DNA from: a virus
Taxonomy: Duplodnaviria; Caudoviricetes
IMG/VR virus record: IMGVR_UViG_3300010047_000004
Location: 1-53,525 of that record
DNA: 53,525 nt
Reading direction: 5' to 3' (one strand)
Every line of letters starts with the position of its first letter. The stretch's first letter is position 1. Made by a program: the position numbers and the translations under genes. Below are positions 47,918 through 53,525 of this stretch, in pieces. The notes below the pieces were generated by a model. It was not told where the DNA came from. It saw only the letters and a list, made by a program, of their open reading frames with translations, and searched no databases.

Positions 47918-47948
47918 GGGCCTCCTTCCGCGAGGCCCTCTTTTTTTT
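47918..47948 (+). terminator. Rho-independent terminator
   Basis: GGGCCTC-loop-GAGGCCC then T8. Confidence 0.85.
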
Positions 47949-48010
47949 GGGTGAAAGCCTATTGACTTGGAGGCGCGATCACCCCTTAGGCTGAGAACTG
48001 GAGACACCAC

Positions 48011-48157
48011 ATGGACGCGAAACAACTCATCGACGCCGCCATGACCGACCTCAAGGCCGGTCTGGCTACCGAAGGCCAGGAATGCATCGACCACCTGCGG
48101 GACGCCGCCGTGAACATCGACATGGCGCTGGACCTGCTCGCGGAGGACGCGCAGTGA
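48011..48157 (+). CDS. 48-aa acidic protein
   Basis: GGAGACACCAC-ATG leader; MDAKQLIDAAMTDLKAGLATEGQECIDHLRDAAVNIDMALDLLAEDAQ. Confidence 0.65.
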   Translation: MDAKQLIDAAMTDLKAGLATEGQECIDHLRDAAVNIDMALDLLAEDAQ

Positions 48158-48414
48158 AGAGCCCGAACGCCTCCTCGATCAGCCGCAAGCTCCACAAGGC
48201 CGGTTTCCGGCTGGCCTACGACTACAACCATGAAGGCATGCGCGTGCGGCGAGGCATGCGCCTCGTCGCCAATCAGCCGGTCACGGTGATTGCGCAGTTC
48301 GACTCTGACGCCACGGCGAACCGCACTGCGGCGGAAGCGCGGGAATCGCTCACCAGCGCGGGCTATGCCTGCTCCGACCTCAAGGCCAATATCTTCCAAG
48401 TGCTGCCCCACTAA
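48154..48414 (+). CDS. Hypothetical protein
   Basis: GGAGG RBS, GTGA overlap. Confidence 0.65.
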   Translation: MKSPNASSISRKLHKAGFRLAYDYNHEGMRVRRGMRLVANQPVTVIAQFDSDATANRTAAEARESLTSAGYACSDLKANIFQVLPH

Positions 48415-48430
48415 ACTCCCCGCAATCTTC

Positions 48431-48472
48431 AGCCCCGCGTTCCGCTCCGGCGGCGCGGGGCTTTTGCTTTTT
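48431..48472 (+). terminator. Rho-independent terminator
   Basis: AGCCCCGCG...CGCGGGGCT followed by TTTGCTTTTT. Confidence 0.8.
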
Positions 48473-48807
48473 ATGGGCTCATTTCTCCTGGGGGACTCCT
48501 AAATGAAAGTCCGGCCCAATTTTGCCCGGTCAAAAAATATAGGAATTTCCGCGCACGCCTAAAGTACCCCCCATTAACCGCCTGTTAACGGAACATGTTC
48601 GGCGCCCGATGTTCGATGTTCGATGCGCCGATAAGTGCTCCGCCGCGGCTGGGCGAACGTTACTAGAACCGTTACCGGACTAGGACATAGACCTAGGTCG
48701 CGAGTCACGCGAGACATACACCCATGCCCAGGTCGCATGCGGCGCCGCCTGAAGTCAGCCTAACTCGCGTTTGCGCCACCAAGTCAATAGCTGAGTGAGT
48801 GAGTCAC

Positions 48808-48837
48808 TTGACTACCTGGGGTACGAGTCACTAGGCT
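48808..48837 (+). promoter_or_regulatory. Putative promoter TTGACT-N18-TAGGCT for the ribozyme operon
   Basis: Same hexamer pair at 47962-47992 (N19); flanked by GAGTCAC repeats. Confidence 0.55.
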
Positions 48838-48847
48838 GGACTTACCT

Positions 48848-49081
48848 ATGACAAACAAACGCAGTCACTCAGAGAGCAGTATCACGGTACTTGATTACTT
48901 CGTCGGCGGCGCCCTGTGCTTCGCCGCGGCTGGCTTTTTGCTGCTGGCACTGTCAGCGACATTTAGCACGGTTGCTGCGGCGCCGACAGTCAGCACGGTC
49001 GGCGCATGGGCGGCAATCACTGGACTAGGCGGCGCAGTAATCGCGGCTGTCGTGATGCTGCTTGTTGATCTGAGCAATTAA
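48848..49081 (+). CDS. Small two-transmembrane protein
   Basis: Two hydrophobic segments; ATG 10 nt after the -10 box. Confidence 0.6.
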   Translation: MTNKRSHSESSITVLDYFVGGALCFAAAGFLLLALSATFSTVAAAPTVSTVGAWAAITGLGGAVIAAVVMLLVDLSN

Positions 49082-49092
49082 GGGAGACACAA

Positions 49093-49950
49093 ATGGCACG
49101 CAAACGAACACCGAAACCCGATCAGATACCGTCCTTTGACGGTCGCGACCTGACTACCCAGGATGTAATCCTGATATCAACGTCTGGCGGCAAAGACTCA
49201 CTCGTGACCATGCATGTTGTTCACGCCCTTGCCGTTGCCCAGGGCGTGACTCACAAGCTGCGAGCAGTGCATTGCGACCTGGGACGCATGGAGTGGCAAG
49301 GGACTCGCGAACTAGTGGAAAAACAGTGCGCCATGTACGGCATTCCTCTATACGTCGTCAGCCGTCCCCAGGGAGACTTGCTGGCACATGTGGCTGAACG
49401 CGGCAAGTGGTATAGCCCCAAACAGCGGTATTGCACAAGCGACCATAAGCGCGATCAAGTGACGAAGGTGATCACGCGCCTAGTGGCAGAGCACATTGAC
49501 ACCCTGGGCGCCCAGGGCGCCGTGCGCATCCTGAGCGTTATGGGGCTCAGGGCGCAAGAGTCCGATGCACGCAAAGCGAAACGACCGATAGCCCACAATA
49601 AACGCGCTAGCAACGGTCGGCGCATTGTGACTGATTGGTTGCCAATCCATCAGTGGACTGAAACTCAGGTATGGGACCTGATTCACTCCGAAAATCTCCC
49701 CTACCACTACGCATACGACCTGGGCATGCCCAGGTTAAGCTGCGTGTTCTGCATTTTTGCGCCGAAACCTGCGTTGTTGTTGGCTGGATATCATAATCGC
49801 GCACTGCTCAGTGAGTACGTGGCAACGGAGCAAGCGACAGGTCACACGTTCACAGGAAAGATAGCCCTGGTAAACATCGAAGCGACACTGAACGCGGGTT
49901 ATGTGCCGACCGCAAAGGTATCTAGTGCATCCTGGGCGCAATGCGCCTAA
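49093..49950 (+). CDS. PAPS reductase family (PP-loop, Fe-S) protein
   Basis: STSGGKDS, RYCTSDHK, GLRAQESDAR, LPIHQWTETQVW, AYDLGMPRLSCVFCI. Confidence 0.9.
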   Translation: MARKRTPKPDQIPSFDGRDLTTQDVILISTSGGKDSLVTMHVVHALAVAQGVTHKLRAVHCDLGRMEWQGTRELVEKQCAMYGIPLYVVSRPQGDLLAHVAERGKWYSPKQRYCTSDHKRDQVTKVITRLVAEHIDTLGAQGAVRILSVMGLRAQESDARKAKRPIAHNKRASNGRRIVTDWLPIHQWTETQVWDLIHSENLPYHYAYDLGMPRLSCVFCIFAPKPALLLAGYHNRALLSEYVATEQATGHTFTGKIALVNIEATLNAGYVPTAKVSSASWAQCA

Positions 49951-50001
49951 CTCCCCTGATGAGTCCCTGCAATGGGACGAAACGCCGTGAGGCGTAGGGA
50001 G
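49951..50001 (+). ncRNA. Type I hammerhead ribozyme 1
   Basis: CTCCC-CTGATGA-GTCCC(TGCAAT)GGGAC-GAAA-CGCC(GTGA)GGCG-TA-GGGAG; predicted cleavage after 49996. Confidence 0.93.
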
Positions 50002-50010
50002 ACACAAACG

Positions 50011-50265
50011 ATGACGAAAAAGACGAGAAGAGTACTTGAGGCAATCACGTATATAACCAAACTTCAGTTTTCATGCGATGTTATTTCGCGCCGTGACATT
50101 GAAGCGATGTTCGATTCGGTTGATTTCTCCGACCCAGTTACAGCCGTAGCAACCGTCGAATCGGACGCTGTCGCTTGCACTGTCCATTTCCACTTGCAGA
50201 CTGGCGGCGCCCAGTTCTCCAGGTCGCTTTATGCGGTAACGCGGATTGAATCGGAGGTTAACTAA
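50011..50265 (+). CDS. Hypothetical protein
   Basis: ATG 9 nt after the GGGAG of ribozyme 1. Confidence 0.7.
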   Translation: MTKKTRRVLEAITYITKLQFSCDVISRRDIEAMFDSVDFSDPVTAVATVESDAVACTVHFHLQTGGAQFSRSLYAVTRIESEVN

Positions 50266-50267
50266 CC

Positions 50268-50489
50268 ATGGAAAGACCATACATCGTAGGTTTCGACAAC
50301 AATACCGAAACGTCGTTTGACGTGACGGTTCACGGCGCCACATGTGACGGCGCCCAGGAATGGACTCGTGATTACTTCGGTCACGCTGACGGTTCACGCG
50401 ATTACCGCAATAGGAATCACGTTGAATACCTGTGGAGTGACTTTGATGGTAATCACACTTTCCGCGTTCACTTGGGAGGTTCACGCTAA
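50268..50489 (+). CDS. Hypothetical protein
   Basis: GGAGGT RBS. Confidence 0.7.
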   Translation: MERPYIVGFDNNTETSFDVTVHGATCDGAQEWTRDYFGHADGSRDYRNRNHVEYLWSDFDGNHTFRVHLGGSR

Positions 50490-50707
50490 TGAAATTTCGC
50501 GACTTGGCAATTGGCGCCACTTTTGAATTCGATCACTCTGACTTGCCGTGCGCGTGTTTTCAGATTGCGCATGGTCCATGGGTTAAGGTTTCCGCACGGA
50601 AGTATCAATGGCTTGCTGGCGGTTCCGAAATCAGAGTAGGCAGCATTAACGCGACCGTGCGCCCTGGGGATGATTGCGGCAAACGCTGGATTTTCAAACG
50701 GCGTTAA
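50489..50707 (+). CDS. Hypothetical protein
   Basis: GGAGGT RBS, TAATG overlap; begins MKFRDLAIGATFEF. Confidence 0.7.
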   Translation: MKFRDLAIGATFEFDHSDLPCACFQIAHGPWVKVSARKYQWLAGGSEIRVGSINATVRPGDDCGKRWIFKRR

Positions 50708-50763
50708 CTCCCCTGATGAGTCCCTGCAATGGGACGAAACGGCGCCCTGGGCGCCGTAGGGAG
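50708..50763 (+). ncRNA. Type I hammerhead ribozyme 2
   Basis: Same core; stem III CGGCGCC(CTG)GGCGCCG; predicted cleavage after 50758. Confidence 0.93.
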
Positions 50764-50772
50764 ACACCCACT

Positions 50773-51489
50773 ATGACGACGAATAAACGGAAACCAAACG
50801 GCTACAAACGGCTGCTACAGGATGACAATTACAAGACAGTCAAAGGCGAGTCCCTAGGCTGGCTGACTGCGATTATGTACTTGGCGCCAGCTATGTCCTC
50901 AGGCGTTCTTAACGTGTGCCTAGGCGCAACGGCATGGTGCATAGCGCTATGTCTCAACACGGCTGGCATGGGACGGTTCCGCAACGTGCAAGCGGCACGT
51001 GTTGCGAAAACAATGTTGCTCGCATCTAGCCGTGCGTTGTTTCTGGCATGCCTGAGGTATGACATAGGGATGTACGTGCGCCGTGCTGCTAAACGCGGCA
51101 TGCGGCTGGCTGTCAGGATTAACGGCACGAGTGACCTACCATGGCTGGCTAAAGAAATGGCGCGGTCATTTCCGACAGTCCAGTTTTACGACTATACGAA
51201 ACTGGCAAAGGCTGAACTGCGGCAATTGCCCAACTATCACATCACGTACTCGTATAGTGGCGAGAATTTATGCGAGTCCCTGCGAGTACTCGCACAGGGC
51301 GTCAATGTCGCTGTCGTGTTCCATGTGCGCAAGGGCATGCCGTTACCTGAGACTTGGCATGGTTACCGTGTGATTGATGGCGACTTGCACGACTTGCGAT
51401 TCCTAGACCCGAAGGGCGTGGTAGTCGGTTTACGTGCAAAGGGACTCGCTATCAACGCGGACAGTCCCTTTATCGTGTTGGCGTCCTAA
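50773..51489 (+). CDS. GP88-family phage protein with three-Cys motif
   Basis: YLAPA..SG..NVC..AT..C...CLNTAG, AVRINGTSD, QFYDYTK, NYHITYS, NVAVVF, VIDGD.HDLRFLDP.GVVVGL.AKG. Confidence 0.8.
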   Translation: MTTNKRKPNGYKRLLQDDNYKTVKGESLGWLTAIMYLAPAMSSGVLNVCLGATAWCIALCLNTAGMGRFRNVQAARVAKTMLLASSRALFLACLRYDIGMYVRRAAKRGMRLAVRINGTSDLPWLAKEMARSFPTVQFYDYTKLAKAELRQLPNYHITYSYSGENLCESLRVLAQGVNVAVVFHVRKGMPLPETWHGYRVIDGDLHDLRFLDPKGVVVGLRAKGLAINADSPFIVLAS

Positions 51490-51545
51490 CTCCCCTGATG
51501 AGTCCCTGGGACGGGACGAAACGGCGCCCTGGGCGCCGTAGGGAG
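51490..51545 (+). ncRNA. Type I hammerhead ribozyme 3
   Basis: Same core; loop II TGGGAC; predicted cleavage after 51540. Confidence 0.92.
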
Positions 51546-51554
51546 ACACAAACG

Positions 51555-51755
51555 ATGAGACTACGAGCAACCATCAAACGAACTGAAACCGATACGCATC
51601 GATTCATTCACTTTGTTTTTCCGAAGGGCGTGAATCCGTTTATGTACGAACACGTGCTGCGGCGCAACCTGGGCGCACGCCCTTATTCCGAAGCGTTCAG
51701 CATGAACGCTCAGGGAGAGTCATTGGTAATGTTCGGCGCACGCAAACGGCGTTAA
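51555..51755 (+). CDS. Hypothetical protein
   Basis: ATG 9 nt after the GGGAG of ribozyme 3; stop abuts ribozyme 4. Confidence 0.7.
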   Translation: MRLRATIKRTETDTHRFIHFVFPKGVNPFMYEHVLRRNLGARPYSEAFSMNAQGESLVMFGARKRR

Positions 51756-51810
51756 CTCCCCTGATGAGTCCCTGGGACGGGACGAAACGGCGCCACGGCG
51801 CCGTAGGGAG
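51756..51810 (+). ncRNA. Type I hammerhead ribozyme 4
   Basis: Same core; stem III CGGCGC(CACG)GCGCCG; predicted cleavage after 51805. Confidence 0.92.
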
Positions 51811-51815
51811 ACACT

Positions 51816-52046
51816 ATGACGATTAACAAACATGTTCAGTTGATCAACAACGATACTCGCCTATCGTTGTTCTTTTTTCGGTTCCATTTGCGCAATGGGC
51901 ACACGCGCCTATTCTGCTTTCATTGCGAGTCCCTAGTGTCGGCATGGTCAAGCTTGATCAAGCGTGTTGCTGCCCAGGGATACGACCTGTCAGCAATTGC
52001 GGCTGTCGAATTGGAATCGATGGAATCACCCAGGGAGAACAACTAG
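51816..52046 (+). CDS. Hypothetical protein
   Basis: ATG 5 nt after the GGGAG of ribozyme 4. Confidence 0.7.
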   Translation: MTINKHVQLINNDTRLSLFFFRFHLRNGHTRLFCFHCESLVSAWSSLIKRVAAQGYDLSAIAAVELESMESPRENN

Positions 52047-52047
52047 C

Positions 52048-52353
52048 ATGCGTGCCGCGGCGGTCCACTTTTTTCTGTCGCTTGCTCTGCGACTTTCACG
52101 GCACGCTGACGTGCGTGCGTGCCTAACTATGACTCTTGCAGACGTAGAAGACTGGCATAACGGCGCCGTGCCGCCGACCGCTGATACGCCCTGGTACGGC
52201 ACGCACTGTCCTAGTCCCGTGCCGTGCTGCAATCCTCGCGATCTAGACCTACGTGCCGTTTGCCCAGGGTGCGCCGATACTGTGCCGTACTCTGATGTCG
52301 CCCAGGGCGCCGTGTTCTGTGAACGTTGCGCCCTGGTATCACTCGTGCCGTAA
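52048..52353 (+). CDS. Cys-rich hypothetical protein
   Basis: AGGGAG RBS; CPGC...CERC; start uncertain. Confidence 0.5.
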   Translation: MRAAAVHFFLSLALRLSRHADVRACLTMTLADVEDWHNGAVPPTADTPWYGTHCPSPVPCCNPRDLDLRAVCPGCADTVPYSDVAQGAVFCERCALVSLVP

Positions 52354-52394
52354 GATACCCCGCAGTACCTCATTACAGCCCCACAGTTGAAACG

Positions 52395-53155
52395 GGCGCC
52401 CAGGTCGCAAGACTTAGGGCGCCCTTAGTGTTTTAGGGCGTGCCCAGGATGCGCCCAGGGGAGTCGGCAGCATGCCCAGGGCGCCGACCGTCCCAGGGCG
52501 CCGACAGCGTGTCCAGGATGCGCCGCCCAGGGGATGTATAAACGCTGAATAAAGCAGTGCTACATGTTGTAACAGTACCCCTGTAAGTTGTTGATAATCC
52601 CACAAGTGAACACATGGTTTCTGAGCGTTCCTGGGCGCATGGTTGCGTCAATTTTTTCCTGGGCTATCAGGGTATTACCTATAGGCGAAACTCAACCGAA
52701 ACTGAGCGAAACTCAGGCGAATTTATCCTCCTCCTATCCTGTGGAAAAACCTGCTAGAAACCTAGCAGAGATCAGGGCGTGCCGACAGCCGTTTGGATAA
52801 ATATTCAGTATCGTGAATAAATATCCATAGCCGTTTGGACAGGTCGCGACTCAGGGCGCCCAGGGGTATCGGACAGGGCGCCCAGGATGCGCCGACCGTC
52901 AGCCGTCCCAGGGCGTGCCCAGCATGCCCAGGATTACCGCGCACGTGCGCCCAGGGCGCCCAGGATGCGCCGCCCAGCATGCCGACAGCGTGCCGCATGG
53001 GCGCCGACAGCGTGCCCAGGATGCGCCCAGGGCGTGCCGACCGTCCCCAGGGCGTGCAATCCTATTTCAGACAGCCTAGTCTGATTCCAACATTAGTCCA
53101 GCTTATATAAGGCGTTCAGTTGAAAAAATTACATAGCGACCTGGGCGTGCCGACA
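52395..53155. repeat. Non-coding low-complexity region of GCGCCCAGG/GCCGACAG/GGGCGTGCC motifs
   Basis: Two dense blocks (about 52395-52535 and 52850-53060) of recurring short motifs. Confidence 0.75.
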
Positions 53156-53242
53156 GAGGATTTCACCCCTACGGCGCAAATTAGTTTTCCGCCTTTGTTC
53201 TCAGTGGTTTAGCGGCGGTGCTTTGTTTTCAATAGGATGCGC

Positions 53243-53406
53243 TAACTGGCTGTCTTTTCAGCTAGATAGCTAAACAGTTTGGTTTCATGCGGTTAGCATA
53301 AAGGCAATAGAATCAGGCAGATAGCTAACTGCAACAAAGCAAAGGCGTTAGCTAAGTGCTTGAGCGGATTGGAGTTAGCTAAGTCGTTTGCAATCAACGC
53401 GGTAAC
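53243..53406. repeat. Tandem array of six 27-28 bp TAA...TAGC units with IHF-like half sites
   Basis: Units begin at 53243, 53271, 53299, 53326, 53353 and 53380. Confidence 0.7.
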
Positions 53407-53484
53407 GTTACACGTAACGTGCGGCGCCCTGGGCATGCGCCAGCCAAGGCCAGCGAGTCGGTTCGATGCCATGTTCGGTGTTTC

Positions 53485-53524
53485 GGGTCCTTCCCAGCCG
53501 AAAAATCGCCCGCCGCTTCGCGCC
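53485..53524 (+). other. cosQ-like GGGTCCT and right copy of cohesive end
   Basis: GGGTCCT 53485-53491, 23-nt spacer, GCTTCGCGCC 53515-53524. Confidence 0.75.
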
Positions 53525-53525
53525 A

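Noticed and set aside
31489-49950. Complete Dnd phosphorothioation system
   Set aside because: Only DGQHR and PAPS-reductase-like genes, 17 kb apart; no DndA, DndD or DndE recognised
49972-51554. Upstream starts given by the ORF track for genes after the ribozymes (49972, 50674, 51498)
   Set aside because: They read through the ribozyme repeat; the ATGs at 50011, 50773 and 51555 have properly spaced GGGAG
49951-51810. Repeats interpreted as a CRISPR array or as terminators
   Set aside because: Spacers are 200-730 nt whole genes, there are no cas genes and no U tracts; the repeats fit the hammerhead consensus
1-53525. Host assignment (some proteins recall Acidobacteriota prophages)
   Set aside because: Impression only; needs homology searches or CRISPR spacer matches

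Overview
The window appears to be a complete, about 53.5 kb, GC-rich temperate siphovirus genome with a lambda-type head. It is linearised at cos: the first 10 bases (GCTTCGCGCC) recur at 53515-53524, exactly 23 nt after a lambda cosQ-identical GGGTCCT. The left arm (0.2-27.7 kb) carries terminase subunits, an extra fibre module inserted between terL and gpW, portal, S49 protease/scaffold, decoration protein, major capsid, connectors, tail tube, a G/GT chaperone with a -1 frameshift, tape measure, a fused tail-tip protein and a long fibre. The middle (28-48 kb) carries a YqaJ exonuclease with a putative annealing protein, TcmP-like and DGQHR proteins, DUF3102, a MucR-like protein, a large serine integrase with a candidate attP inside its own 3' end, a two-frame C5 methyltransferase, VRR-NUC, a replication initiator with internal iterons, an XRE regulator and many small unknowns. 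The right end (48.8-52.4 kb) is an operon (PAPS-reductase-like, GP88-like and small unknown genes) punctuated by four type I hammerhead ribozymes. Each sits directly between a stop codon and the next gene, with that gene's Shine-Dalgarno forming the 3' strand of stem I. This ribozyme-punctuated cassette array is the most striking observation. No endolysin, tRNA or CRISPR was recognised. All calls are from reading motifs by eye; no database searches were run.
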